NCBI GenBank assembly: GCA_963805625.1 | Contig: CAWDVE010000016.1 | Span: 448,001 to 512,000, forward strand | Source of the DNA: an uncultured Candidatus Rokubacteria bacterium | GTDB lineage: Bacteria; Methylomirabilota; Methylomirabilia; Rokubacteriales; DASRDR01 | Reading direction: 5' to 3' | DNA: 64,000 nucleotides | In this document: positions 48,729 through 58,890 of the stretch, piece after piece | Position numbering within the stretch: position 1 is the stretch's first letter | How the letters are laid out: the number at the start of each line of letters is the position of its first letter | The notes under the pieces: model-generated | What the model was told of the DNA's origin: nothing | Database searches by the model: none | The model's input: only the letters and a program-made list of their open reading frames with translations | Translations under genes and position numbers: made by a program

Positions 48729-49981
48729 TGCCGCACCTCGTCTGTGTCCGGTGTGGTGCCGCGGCGCCGCTTGGCCCTGCCTTCGAGGGTTGCGTGGCAT
48801 GCGCCGGCGAGCCGCGGGCAGCGCTCGAGGTGGTGTATGACTACGCGGCACTCGCGGCGGGCGGGACCCTCAAGGCATGGGCGTCGCGTGCCGGCGGGCT
48901 CTGGCGGTTCCGTGAGCTCTTGCCGCCGCCGCCGGACGTGTCGATCCTGAGCCTGGCGGAGGGCGCGACGCCCCTGATCCGGCTGCAGGGGGCCGGTGCC
49001 CATCGCATCTGGCTCAAGGACGAGACGCGGAATCCCACGGGGTCCTTCAAGGATCGCCTCCATGCCGTGTCCCTGACGATGGCGCGCGCGCTCGGCTTTC
49101 GGAAGGCCGTCGCCTCGACGACGGGGAATCACGGCACGGCGCTCGCGGCCTATGCCGCGCGGGCGGGGATGACCGCGCTCGTGTTCTGCGATCCCCGGAC
49201 GCCGCTGGTCCAGCGGCGATTGATGCAGCTGTTCGGCGCGCGGGTGGTGGTCCTCGCCGAGCGTGCGGCGCATATCGGCTGGCTGGTCCGGGATCGCGGC
49301 TGGTATCCGTCGTCAGGGATGACGCCCGAGCCGGTCGGCACGCCGTACGGGGTGGAGGGGTACAAGACCATCGCCTACGAGATCTTCTTCCAGCTCGGTG
49401 GCCGCTTTCCCGGCCGGATGCTGGTGCCGACATCCGGTGGCGACGCCGTGTACGGTCCCTGGAAGGGCTTCCGCGAGCTGCGCGCGCTCGGTGCGGCTGG
49501 CGCGCTGCCGCGAATGGTGGCGGTCCAGGCGGCCGGCTGCGACCCGATCGTTCGGGGCTGGCGGGCGGGTGCCGCGACCGTTCCGGTGCATCCCGATCCG
49601 CGAACGATCGCGGTGTCGATCGCGGACGAGACCGGCGGGCCGGCGTCGCTCCGGGCGGTCGCCGAGTCCGGAGGCTCCGCGGAGGCGGTGTCGGATGCGG
49701 CGATCCTGGACGCCATGCGGCGGCTCGCGGGGCAGGGGATCGCGGTCGAGCCGTCCTCGGCGGCGCCCGTCGCGGCCGCGCTGGCGCTGGCGGCCCGGGG
49801 CGCGCTCGAGGCCGACGAGGACGTCGTCTGTGTCCTGACCGGTGCGGGGGCCAAGTGGCCCGACGCCCTCGTCGACGCACTCACGCCACGGGAGCTTCAG
49901 GATGCGAACCCGGCGGCCGTGCGCGCGTGGATCGACGCGATCGACGCGGAGCCGACGCCCGCTACTTCTGGGGTCCGCTGA
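48728..49981 (+). CDS. Threonine synthase-like PLP enzyme
   Basis: CxxC N-terminus, EGATPL, KDETRNPTGSFKDR, STTGNHG, GYKTIAYEI. Confidence 0.88.
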   Translation: MPHLVCVRCGAAAPLGPAFEGCVACAGEPRAALEVVYDYAALAAGGTLKAWASRAGGLWRFRELLPPPPDVSILSLAEGATPLIRLQGAGAHRIWLKDETRNPTGSFKDRLHAVSLTMARALGFRKAVASTTGNHGTALAAYAARAGMTALVFCDPRTPLVQRRLMQLFGARVVVLAERAAHIGWLVRDRGWYPSSGMTPEPVGTPYGVEGYKTIAYEIFFQLGGRFPGRMLVPTSGGDAVYGPWKGFRELRALGAAGALPRMVAVQAAGCDPIVRGWRAGAATVPVHPDPRTIAVSIADETGGPASLRAVAESGGSAEAVSDAAILDAMRRLAGQGIAVEPSSAAPVAAALALAARGALEADEDVVCVLTGAGAKWPDALVDALTPRELQDANPAAVRAWIDAIDAEPTPATSGVR

Positions 49982-50082
49982 TGGCGGGGGCCCTGGCCGG
50001 CTCGATCCCGGTGGCGCTGGTCTACTCGTTCTTCGTGGACCAGTACGCGGCCGGGCTCACCGCCGGGGCCGTGAAGGGCTGA
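49963..50082 (+). pseudogene. C-terminal relic of a carbohydrate ABC permease
   Basis: YFWGPLMAGALAGSIPVALVYSFFVDQYAAGLTAGAVKG, similar to the end of the permease at 61297. Confidence 0.75.
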
Positions 50083-50312
50083 GGCGCCCCGCCCCCCGGC
50101 GCCTTCTTCTCGGGAGCGGGGCATGACGATCTCGTGGGGCATCTCGGCGCTGGATGATACCACGCGGCTCTGGACCATCGCGTCTCGCGGGCCCGCTTGC
50201 GGCGGCGGGCCGCCGGCGGGATGATAGGAGCATTCGAGACGGTCGCGCGACCCACCGCCAGCGCGGGCAGAGCCGTTCGCGGACCAGGCCTGCCGAGGCC
50301 CAGGAGCGTCGC

Positions 50313-52169
50313 ATGAAGCCCTTCGTCGTGAATCGCTACGGCCGGATCGTCTTTCCATCCAACTTCTTCCCGGAGCTCGACTTCTCGGTCTTCCAGTCGC
50401 TCGAGCAGTTCGCGGCGGTGATCCGCCGCGACTTCGAGGAGAAGGCGCCCACCGAAACCGACATCGTCGCCCGGGTGGAGGGGCGCGGCTACGCGAGCCG
50501 CTACGAGCTCTTGCGCGACCTGGCCTTGAACCTGTTCTGGGTGAACCGGTATGCGATGACCATGTACCGGAAGCAGCCCACGCGCTGGCGGGACGTGCCG
50601 CGATCCCGGGACGACGTCTTCCTGCCGGTGTTCCGACCCTGGGACGGCGGCGAGCTCGTGAGTGCCATCGAGGCCGGCTACCGCGCACTGCCGCCCACAT
50701 GGGACGAGGGGACGGAGACCAAGGCCTTCACCACCCTGCTCGACATCTTCCGGCACAAGAAGGGTGCCGGCGCCGAGCTGCCCGCGCTGAAGCCGACGGT
50801 GGCCGAGATCCTCGCGAACCCGAAGAACCTGACCTACCATCTTCTCGCGTACAACCCGGACTACCCCCGATATGGTGCCGACGACCTCATCGAGTGCGCC
50901 CATCCAGTTCCGGAGCTGGAGGCGTTGCTCCGGCAGGCCATGGTGCTCCACAACCAGTATCCCTGGGACCGGGCCAAGACCCGTCTGATCGAGGTCGGTC
51001 AGCTCCAGGCGGATGACTTCGTGGTCGTGTTCCAGCCGCGGAGCGACGAGGTCTTGCACTTCATCCGTCGCGCCAAGGGATCCCGGCGCCCGCGGCCGCG
51101 AAAGCCCGCTCCCGCCCGGACCCGACCGCCCGTGACGCCGTTTCCTCCGGTCGACGTCCGGACGCGGTTCCGGGTGATGCCGCGCCTCGAGGCGCTCGCG
51201 GTCTACCGGGGCGAGCGTGCCTGCACGAACGACGACCTGATCCGGAACGCGGCGTGGTGCTGGTCGCCGATGACGGCGGCCGAGATCCGGGAAAAGACCG
51301 GCATCGAGCAGCGCCTGTACTCCGAGCTCGACCTCGACCACATGGCGCTGCTGGCGGCCGAACGGGCCCTCGCGAAGGCCCGGCGGCGCCCTGAGGAGAT
51401 CGGGGCGGTGCTCTTCTGCTCGTGCACGAGCACGAAGATGATGCCGTCGCTCGCGACCTGGCTGTCGGGGCAGCTCGGCATGCTCCAGACCCACGCGTCA
51501 CTCGACATGGTGGCCGCCTGCGCGGGGCTTCCCTACGGGCTCGGTGAGGCGATCCGGCTGCTCCAGGAGGTGGAGCGCCCGGTCCTGGTCGTGTGCGGAG
51601 AGAAATTCTCCGACAAGATCGGGACGGTGCGGACGTCGCGGATGATCTTCGGAGACGGGGCGGGGGCCCTGGTCATCGGGCCGGCGCCGGCAGGCGCCCC
51701 GCCTGACATCGAGGTCTTCCAGACGTACGCGAGCGGGCCCATGGCGGAGGTCGACTCGATCATCTGGCCCAACCCCGACTTCGACAACAACATCACCGTC
51801 TTCGGCCCCGAGGTGCGCGCCCTGGTGAAGCGCTACCTGGAGCAGATGATCGCCGAGCTCCGGGCGCTCCCGCACCCCGACGGCCAGCCTGGCTCGCTCC
51901 TCGACGCGATCGACCTCATCGTCCCCCACCAGGCGAACAAGACCATGGTCGTGGCCATCGCGCGGGCGGCGGGGGTGGCCCCGGAACGGCTCTACTTCAA
52001 CATCGAGCGGGTGGGTAACACGTCGTCGGCGAGCATCCCGATCGCGCTCCACGACGCGGTCCGCGAGGGTGTCCTGGATCGCCCGATGCGCGTGTTCGTC
52101 CCGGGCTTCGGGGCGGGCGCCGTAGGCGGCTACGCCGTCCTGCGCGTCGACCCCGCCGTCATCGCCTGA
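50313..52169 (+). CDS. FabH/KAS III-like condensing enzyme with long unknown N-terminal region
   Basis: TGIEQR, AACAG, FGDGAGA, PHQAN, GNTSSASIP, GFGAG; ATG 50313 after AGGAG. Confidence 0.85.
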   Translation: MKPFVVNRYGRIVFPSNFFPELDFSVFQSLEQFAAVIRRDFEEKAPTETDIVARVEGRGYASRYELLRDLALNLFWVNRYAMTMYRKQPTRWRDVPRSRDDVFLPVFRPWDGGELVSAIEAGYRALPPTWDEGTETKAFTTLLDIFRHKKGAGAELPALKPTVAEILANPKNLTYHLLAYNPDYPRYGADDLIECAHPVPELEALLRQAMVLHNQYPWDRAKTRLIEVGQLQADDFVVVFQPRSDEVLHFIRRAKGSRRPRPRKPAPARTRPPVTPFPPVDVRTRFRVMPRLEALAVYRGERACTNDDLIRNAAWCWSPMTAAEIREKTGIEQRLYSELDLDHMALLAAERALAKARRRPEEIGAVLFCSCTSTKMMPSLATWLSGQLGMLQTHASLDMVAACAGLPYGLGEAIRLLQEVERPVLVVCGEKFSDKIGTVRTSRMIFGDGAGALVIGPAPAGAPPDIEVFQTYASGPMAEVDSIIWPNPDFDNNITVFGPEVRALVKRYLEQMIAELRALPHPDGQPGSLLDAIDLIVPHQANKTMVVAIARAAGVAPERLYFNIERVGNTSSASIPIALHDAVREGVLDRPMRVFVPGFGAGAVGGYAVLRVDPAVIA

Positions 52170-52190
52170 CCCAAGTCAAGGCTTGCGCGT

Positions 52191-52982
52191 CTAGACGAGC
52201 CCCGCGTAGGATCCGCCGTCGACGAGCACGCTCTCCCCGGTGATGAACCGGGCCTGCTGGGAGCAGAGGAACGCGACGACGGCTCCGAAGTCTCCGGGGT
52301 CACCGATGGTTCGCATGGGATTGCCGGCGCGGTGGGCGTCCATGGCGGCCTCGAAGCTGATCCCCTCGCTCGCCGCGCGGCTCCGCGCGGTCTGCTCGAC
52401 CCGATCCGTCGCGTGAGAGCCGGGCAGGACGGCGTTGAGGGTCACGCCGGTCTGGGCGATCTCCCGCGCCACCGTCTTCATGAACCCCGTCAGCCCCGCC
52501 CGGGCGGTGTTGGAGAGGAGGATGTGGGGGATCGGCTGCTTCACCGAAACCGAGGTGATGTAGACGATCCGGCCCCACTTCTTCTTGACCATGGCCGGCA
52601 CCGCCGCGTAGGTGAGTCGGATCGAGCTCATCATGGAGAGCTCGACCGCCGGGATGAACTGATCGAGCTTCGTGCTGGCGAAGGTCCCCGCCGGCGGCCC
52701 GCCGGCGTTGCCGACGACGATGTCGGGATCGCCGAGTCGTGCGCATACCCCTGCCATCAGGGCGTCGATGTCCTCGGCCTTCGTCATGTCGGCCACGAAC
52801 GGCACCACCTCGTGGCCTGACCGGGCCGCGATCTCGCGGGCCACCCGCTCCACGTCCGCGCGCGTCCGCGCGCAGATGGCCACGCGGCAGCCTTCGGCCG
52901 AGAGCGCCTCCGCGGAGCCGCGACCGAGTCCTTTCGACGCAGCGGTGACGAGCGCAATCCTTCCCTTGATCCCGAGATCCAT
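52191..52982 (-). CDS. SDR family oxidoreductase
   Basis: TAASKGLG, NAGGPP, SNTAR, FITGE. Confidence 0.92.
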   Translation of the reverse strand: MDLGIKGRIALVTAASKGLGRGSAEALSAEGCRVAICARTRADVERVAREIAARSGHEVVPFVADMTKAEDIDALMAGVCARLGDPDIVVGNAGGPPAGTFASTKLDQFIPAVELSMMSSIRLTYAAVPAMVKKKWGRIVYITSVSVKQPIPHILLSNTARAGLTGFMKTVAREIAQTGVTLNAVLPGSHATDRVEQTARSRAASEGISFEAAMDAHRAGNPMRTIGDPGDFGAVVAFLCSQQARFITGESVLVDGGSYAGLV

Positions 52983-53012
52983 CGATCGGTCCTCCGTGAC
53001 GGGGTGCGAGGC

Positions 53013-53708
53013 TCAGACGGGCCAGGCCTCCCGAGTCCAGGACATCTCCCAGAACAGGTACTCGTAACGGCTCGAGGTGAGAAAGGCCTCCTCCATCCGC
53101 CCGAGGGTGGTGTCGTCGGCCCCGGCGGCCAGACGGTCCACCAGTTCCCGGCACCATTCGGCCAGCGCCGCGAACTCGGGATCGGCGTACATCCGGATCC
53201 ACTTCGCGTAGCGCGGCTCGGCCGGCAGGCCCCGCGCGGCGAGGGCCTGCCCGATCTCCGCGAAGCCCCACATGCACGGCAGGAGCGCCGCAGCCAGCTC
53301 GGCGAAGTCCCCGGTGGCCGCGACCCGCACCAGGAAGTCGGTGTACGCGCGGGTGGTCGGCGCCATGGGCTCACGCTCGAGCGCGGCGGGCGCGATGCCG
53401 AGCTCTGCGGCGTAGGCGCGGTGAAGGTCCATCTCGGTCCGGGCCGTGGTCTGGAGGAGGTCGGCGAAGCGCACGAGAGTGTCGAGATCCGGTGCCCGCG
53501 CTGCCGCGAGCCCGAACAGACGACAGTACTCTACGAGGAACCGGTAATCTTGCCGCACCCAGTGGCGGAAACGCTCGAGATCAAGTGACCCGTCCCCGAT
53601 GCCTCGGACGAAGGGGTGCTCCTGCTGGGCGCGCCACACCAGGTCCGCCAGGCGGCGAAGGCGAGCCGAGAAGGGCTCGCGGTCGGGATCGCGCGTCGCC
53701 CCGGTCAC
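53013..53708 (-). CDS. tenA: Thiaminase II
   Basis: HPFV, QDYRFL, LLPCMWG, YAKWI, YEYLFW. Confidence 0.9.
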   Translation of the reverse strand: MTGATRDPDREPFSARLRRLADLVWRAQQEHPFVRGIGDGSLDLERFRHWVRQDYRFLVEYCRLFGLAAARAPDLDTLVRFADLLQTTARTEMDLHRAYAAELGIAPAALEREPMAPTTRAYTDFLVRVAATGDFAELAAALLPCMWGFAEIGQALAARGLPAEPRYAKWIRMYADPEFAALAEWCRELVDRLAAGADDTTLGRMEEAFLTSSRYEYLFWEMSWTREAWPV

Positions 53709-53724
53709 GGTGCCAGGGTCGGGC

Positions 53725-54372
53725 TCAGGACGAGGGCGGATCCGTGTCCGGCCGCCCGGTGCCCGTCCATTCCGTCACGAGCCCGTGCGCTATGCCGATC
53801 CGGTCGAGCACGCGGCCCACCGTGTGGTCGACCAGGTCGCGGATCGTCTTGGGGCGGTGGTAGAAGGCCGGGACCGGCGGCAGGACGACGGCACCCATCT
53901 CCGCGAGGGCCAGCATCTGACGCAGGTGGCCCACGTGCAGCGGGGTCTCGCGCACCACGACGACGAGCGGCCGACCCTCCTTGAGGGTGACGTCGCCGGC
54001 ACGCGCGATCAGGGTGTCGGCGTGGGAATTGGCGAGGGCAGAGAGCGTCTTGATGCTGCACGGCGCGACCACCATGCCGGCCGTCCGGAATGAGCCGCTG
54101 GCCAGGGCCGCTCCGATGTCCCGGTCGTCGTAGACCCGTGTGGCCAGCGCCTCGACGTCACGCACGGTGTAGTCTGTCTCATCCACGAGCGTGCGCTTGG
54201 CGGCCCGGCTGACGACCAGGTGGGTCTCCAGCTCCGGAACGTCCTGCAGCACCTCGAGGAGCCGGATCCCGTAGATCGACCCGCTCGCTCCTGAGATGGC
54301 GACGACGAGGCGCACCGGGGCACGCCGCTCGGCCCCGCTGACCGGAACATTGCGGCGAGTCGGGGGGCTCAT
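53725..54372 (-). CDS. ubiX: Flavin prenyltransferase
   Basis: SGASGSIYG, ASGS, APCSIKTL, LKEGR, RETPL, PAFY. Confidence 0.93.
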   Translation of the reverse strand: MSPPTRRNVPVSGAERRAPVRLVVAISGASGSIYGIRLLEVLQDVPELETHLVVSRAAKRTLVDETDYTVRDVEALATRVYDDRDIGAALASGSFRTAGMVVAPCSIKTLSALANSHADTLIARAGDVTLKEGRPLVVVVRETPLHVGHLRQMLALAEMGAVVLPPVPAFYHRPKTIRDLVDHTVGRVLDRIGIAHGLVTEWTGTGRPDTDPPSS

Positions 54373-54956
54373 GCCGCTCGGTGACCGTGCCGCGGCGTTC
54401 CGCCGTCCGGCGCATGGCCCCGCAGCTCCGCGTAGCGGGCGATCTGCGCGGGGTCGAGCACGGCGCGGGTCTCGAGGTGGGCCCGGAGGTGGACGGTCCG
54501 GAGCTCGCCGGGGAGCGCCGCAATGCGCTCGACTCGCACCCGGAGACTCGTCGCATCGATCCCGCCATTCTGGAACGCGAGGGCGAGCTCCCGCTCGCTG
54601 TCGAGCACGAGACCTCCCACCCGCCGCGCCTCGCTTCCCATCGTTCGCGCGATCTCCTGCACTCGGGTCACCTGATCGCTCGAGAGCGAAAGCGTTCCGC
54701 CGCCCCACGCGTCGAGCACGTGCCGGGGTCCGGGGTATCCCTGGACCTCCGCGACGCGCGCCTGGCCCATGCCGCGGCCCTCGAGAAGCTCGGCGACCTC
54801 GTTCGCCCCGAGGCCCGGGATGTCGGGACCGGAGGTCTCGTGATCGGGCGCGAGAATGCGGGGAGACGGCGCCGGTCCGCCGGTCTGGGCGCGGCCGGCA
54901 GGCGCCAGGAGGGCGGCGAGAGCCAACAGGCCTCCCGTCATGAGGCTGGTACGCAT
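54369..54956 (-). CDS. Spy/CpxP-like periplasmic protein
   Basis: Signal peptide, GYPGPRHVL, LSSDQ, HL..RAVLDPAQ..Y. Confidence 0.65.
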   Translation of the reverse strand: MRTSLMTGGLLALAALLAPAGRAQTGGPAPSPRILAPDHETSGPDIPGLGANEVAELLEGRGMGQARVAEVQGYPGPRHVLDAWGGGTLSLSSDQVTRVQEIARTMGSEARRVGGLVLDSERELALAFQNGGIDATSLRVRVERIAALPGELRTVHLRAHLETRAVLDPAQIARYAELRGHAPDGGTPRHGHRAA

Positions 54957-55028
54957 CGGCGGGGACCCTCCGGGGCATCGGACCGGGGCGAGCCCGGCCT
55001 TGGGTGGTCGACGAGCGTCCCTAGCCTA

Positions 55029-55547
55029 TCACGGTGGACTGGTCGAGCGTACGATCAGGCCATTGTAGCGCGTGCCCTTCTTGATCCTTGCGGCTCTCGG
55101 AAGCGCGGACGTCCGGTCCGGCGCGCCCGCCGCCGGAAGCATCTCCTGTCGCCCCAGGTCTCGGGGAGCTCGCGGCAGGGTTCTCACGTACTGAATGACG
55201 GCCTCGATCTCCGCGTCACCGAGGACGAAGCCAAAGGACGGCATCCCCGGCTTGCCGAAGGTCGACCCGCCGTGGCGGATCAGCTCGGCAAGATACCGGT
55301 CGGGCAGCGACGCCAAGGTCGGGCTGGCGAGGTCGCCGGGCCGCAGGAAGAGCAGACGCGCCCGCCACGAGTCTCCACGCCCCGCGGCGCCGTGGCAGCT
55401 CGCGCAGTGCGCCTGGAAGAGCGCGCGGCCGGGCTCCGGCCCGCGGGGCGACGGAGGCAGCGGCGCACGAACCAGGGCCACACCGGTGGCCAGAAGTGCC
55501 AGCAGCGCGACCCCGCCGACTCCCCAGGCGAGGGCGCGCCGGCCCAT
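55029..55547 (-). CDS. Membrane-anchored monoheme cytochrome c
   Basis: N-terminal TM, CASCH, GMPSF axial Met. Confidence 0.85.
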   Translation of the reverse strand: MGRRALAWGVGGVALLALLATGVALVRAPLPPSPRGPEPGRALFQAHCASCHGAAGRGDSWRARLLFLRPGDLASPTLASLPDRYLAELIRHGGSTFGKPGMPSFGFVLGDAEIEAVIQYVRTLPRAPRDLGRQEMLPAAGAPDRTSALPRAARIKKGTRYNGLIVRSTSPP

Positions 55548-56300
55548 CAAGCCGACGTCTCCCGGCCGAGGTCGAGCAGCGTCCGCTGCACTTCCGGATT
55601 GTCCAGCAGCTCCGGCCCGGTCCCGGTCACGAGAATCCGGCCCGCGTCGAGCACGTAGGCGCGATGGGCCACGCGGAGGAGCGTCCGGACGTGCTGGCCC
55701 GCGGCGAGGATCGCGAGGCCCTGGTCGGCGGCGAGCTCCCGAAGCCGCCGGGCAAGGCGGGCCCGGATCGGTGGCGCGAGCCCGAGGAACGGATCGTCTA
55801 GCACGAGGCACCGTGGGCTCGCCATGAGAGCTCGACCGGCTCCGGGACGCGCGTCAGGAGGCTCCGCCACAGGTAACCCAGCGGGATGAGGGCGACGCCC
55901 GCCAGGAGTGCCAGCATCGGGAGCGGCAGGCCCCAGGTTCGCCAGGCCGCGTACGCCACGTAGCCGCCGAGGACAACGAGCTCCCCGTGGGCGAGGTTGA
56001 GCGCGCGTCCGAGCCCGAATCCACGTAGCCGCCGACGAGGCCCACGACGCCGTGGCGAGCGACCAGCTCCTCGGCCGCCGCGATCGCCCGCTCGGCCTTC
56101 CCCTCGTCGTCGCGTTCGAGGAGCCGAAGAGGGCGACCACCCACGCCACCAGCGGCGTTCACGGCGTCGATGGCGATCCGGACCCCTTCGGCGATGGCCA
56201 AACCCTGGGCGGCGAGAATCCCGGTGCGGGAGTCGATCTCCCCGATCAGGATGGGCTCGGCGGCCCCGGCCGCCTGCGCTCCCAGGAGGAGCGGGAGCAT
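55547..56300 (-). pseudogene. Deletion-collapsed Liv-type ABC operon (SBP N-terminus, LivH piece, LivF C-terminus)
   Basis: ILIG..VNAAGGVGGR..GGYVDS, then FGL..LNLAHGE, then RALMASPR..LDDPFLGLAP..AYVLDAG in different frames. Confidence 0.8.
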
Positions 56301-56381
56301 CGCGAGCAGGACGAAACGGCGGGGAGCCGCGAGACCCCCCGCCGCGGGGTGTGCGAGCGACGGCGCGTACGCGCTCCGCCG

Positions 56382-57479
56382 CTACTCGATCGACTGCTCG
56401 GTCTTCGCGTCGAAGAAGTGCAGGCGCTCGGGGTCCAGCGACAGCCGGACGCGCTCGTGCATGCGGAGGCGTGAGGTCGGCGGGACGCGCGCCACCATCG
56501 GGTTCGTGCCGATCTTGACGTCGATCAGGATCTCGTTGCCGAGAGGCTCGACCACCTCGACGACGGCCTCGACCTGGGAGTCCTTCGGGTCGCCGGGGGC
56601 GCTCTCCCGGATGTCCTCGGGCCTGATCCCGAGCGTGACCGACTGGCCGCGATAGCGCTCGAGCGACGCCCGGTTCGCGGGTGGGACCGCGATGAGGAAC
56701 CCTCCCGGCGCGTCGACGGCCAGGGCTCCATTGGAGCCGGTCACGGTGCAGTCGATGAAGTTCATCGCCGGCGACCCGATGAAGCCGGCCACGAACCGGT
56801 TCCGCGGCTTCGCGTAGATCGTCAGCGGCTCGCCCACCTGCTGGACGAGACCGTCCTTCATGACGACGACGCGGTCGCCGAGGGTCATCGCCTCGACCTG
56901 GTCGTGGGTGACGTAGATCGCGGTCGTCTCGAGACGGTCGTGCAGGCGCTTGAGCTCCACGCGCATCTGGACCCGGAGCTTGGCGTCGAGGTTCGACAGG
57001 GGCTCGTCGAAGAGGAACACCTGCGGGTGGCGGACGATCGCGCGCCCCACCGCGACCCGCTGCCGCTGGCCGCCCGAGAGCTGGCGGGGCTTGCGGTTCA
57101 GCAGCTCCTGGATGCCGAGCATCTGCGCCGCTTCCCGGACGCGCGTGTCGATCTCGGCCTTGGGGAACTTCCGCATCTTCAGCCCGAAGGCCATGTTGTC
57201 GTAGACGGTCATGTGCGGGTAGAGCGCGTAGTTCTGGAACACCATCGCGATGTCGCGATCCTTCGGAGGCAGATCGTTGACCAGCCGATCCCCGATGTAG
57301 ATCTCGCCCGAGCTGATCTCCTCGAGCCCCGCGATCATCCGGAGGGTCGTGGACTTGCCGCACCCGGAGGGTCCGACGAGGACCATGAACTCCTTGTCCT
57401 TGATCTGGAGGTTCACGTCGCGGACCGCGACCACCTCGTCGAACTTCTTGGCGAGATCCTTGAGGGTGACCTGTGCCAT
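56382..57479 (-). CDS. Carbohydrate ABC ATPase (MalK/UgpC family)
   Basis: [40 protein letters not shown]. Confidence 0.95.
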   Translation of the reverse strand: MAQVTLKDLAKKFDEVVAVRDVNLQIKDKEFMVLVGPSGCGKSTTLRMIAGLEEISSGEIYIGDRLVNDLPPKDRDIAMVFQNYALYPHMTVYDNMAFGLKMRKFPKAEIDTRVREAAQMLGIQELLNRKPRQLSGGQRQRVAVGRAIVRHPQVFLFDEPLSNLDAKLRVQMRVELKRLHDRLETTAIYVTHDQVEAMTLGDRVVVMKDGLVQQVGEPLTIYAKPRNRFVAGFIGSPAMNFIDCTVTGSNGALAVDAPGGFLIAVPPANRASLERYRGQSVTLGIRPEDIRESAPGDPKDSQVEAVVEVVEPLGNEILIDVKIGTNPMVARVPPTSRLRMHERVRLSLDPERLHFFDAKTEQSIE

Positions 57480-57597
57480 GCGATGCTCCCTTGGTGTGGG
57501 GTTCCGTGGTTAGGGCGGCCGGGGGGAAGGCCCGACCGTCAACCGCTGCTCTCGCCGGGGCCTTGCCCAGGCACGACGGGCTCCGGCGGCGTGTGAC

Positions 57598-57626
57598 AGC
57601 ATGATTGGGAGTCGTCGTGACGTCAA
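57598..57626 (-). promoter_or_regulatory. Putative sigma70 promoter for the ATPase gene
   Basis: TTGACG-N17-CATGCT. Confidence 0.4.
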
Positions 57627-57902
57627 GAGGGGTCAGAGGGGAGGGTCAGCCCCGGGCCTCTGGCTTCCTGGGCGCCCGCCGGTCGGGATGGATGCCGGCC
57701 ATCACGGGCCTGACCTGCGTGCTGGGGTGTGGCCGTTCGAATGGCCCGGGATCGTTTCCGTCTCCGTGCCCCTCGTGCCCTCCGTGGGCGTGTCCGTCTA
57801 CCTCCTCAGAGTGCGGCCCGGAGTTTCACGAACTGGCTGTTCGACAGGGTTTGCGAAGACTCGATGGGTCGGCGTCCCAGCCCCCGACTCGACAGCGACA
57901 CA

Positions 57903-57932
57903 TTGACGTCGCCAGGCGGGCTAAGCTAGCAT
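57903..57932 (+). promoter_or_regulatory. Putative sigma70 promoter for the permease pair
   Basis: TTGACG-N18-TAGCAT. Confidence 0.5.
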
Positions 57933-57957
57933 CGCCGACACGACCGAGACCGCCAGC

Positions 57958-58890
57958 ATGGTCCCCGTTCCAGCCCGCCCGGCCAGCCGTGTGATTCCAC
58001 GTTCCGGTTTCACCAGGCGACGACGTGAGATCGCCTGGGCCTACGTCCTGATGGCTCCGGCCCTCTTGATGGTCCTCGCCGTGCTCGCCTACCCGGTGGC
58101 CTGGGAGGTCTGGATCGGACTCACCAACTTTTCCAGTCACACCGAAGGGAGACCGGAGTTCGTCGGCCTCCTGAACTACCGCACGATGCTGGCGGATATC
58201 TTCTTCTGGCAGGCCCTCCTGACGACGGTGGTGTACTTCGCGGTCACGACCGCCGCCAAGCTGGCCCTCGGCCTGGCCATGGCCCTCCTGCTCGCTCGCC
58301 CGTCGCGGGGCCGCACGCTCGTCTTCCTCGCCGTGTTTCTCCCTTGGGCGTATCCGGGCGGGGTGACCGTCGTTGCCTGGTACTGGATGCTGAACCCGCC
58401 ACTGATCACCGGCTACAGCGTCTCCGCCGGTAACCTCAAGCACGCCGTCGATACGATCTTGGGGAACGGCGCCTACGCCTTCCTGAGCGTCATGCTGTTC
58501 AACGTATGGCGCGGCGGGTCGTTCACGGCGGTCTTCCTCCTGGCGGGTCTCAATGCGATCCCCACCGAGCTCTTCGAGTACGCCCGGCTGGAGACGGTGA
58601 GCGCGTGGCAGCGATTCCGGCAGGTGACCGTGCCCCTACTCCGTCCGTACCTTGCGCTCGCCGCGTTCCTGTCGTTCACGACAGCGTTCGCCGACCTCGC
58701 CAACGTCTGGATGCTGACCGGAGGTCGTGTCGTCTTCCCGATCATCGGCACCTACGCCTACTGGCTGGGGATTCGGAATGGCCAACTCGCGGAGGCGGCG
58801 GCCTGGTCGCTCTCGCTTGTGCCGCTACTCGCCATCGGGCTCTTCTTCCTCTTTCGGTGGTTCGACCCTCCGCAGGAGAAGCCCGCGTGA
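57958..58890 (+). CDS. Carbohydrate ABC permease (MalF-like, divergent)
   Basis: FVGLLNY, LAGLNAIP, degenerate EAA loop ELFEYARLETVS. Confidence 0.85.
   Translation: MVPVPARPASRVIPRSGFTRRRREIAWAYVLMAPALLMVLAVLAYPVAWEVWIGLTNFSSHTEGRPEFVGLLNYRTMLADIFFWQALLTTVVYFAVTTAAKLALGLAMALLLARPSRGRTLVFLAVFLPWAYPGGVTVVAWYWMLNPPLITGYSVSAGNLKHAVDTILGNGAYAFLSVMLFNVWRGGSFTAVFLLAGLNAIPTELFEYARLETVSAWQRFRQVTVPLLRPYLALAAFLSFTTAFADLANVWMLTGGRVVFPIIGTYAYWLGIRNGQLAEAAAWSLSLVPLLAIGLFFLFRWFDPPQEKPA

Noticed and set aside
53709-53724. TPP riboswitch upstream of tenA
   Set aside because: Only 16 bp separate tenA from ubiX, leaving no room for an aptamer
57480-57957. Long intergenic region as an sRNA or small ORFs
   Set aside because: Only divergent promoter-like elements seen; no recognisable RNA motif or credible coding signal
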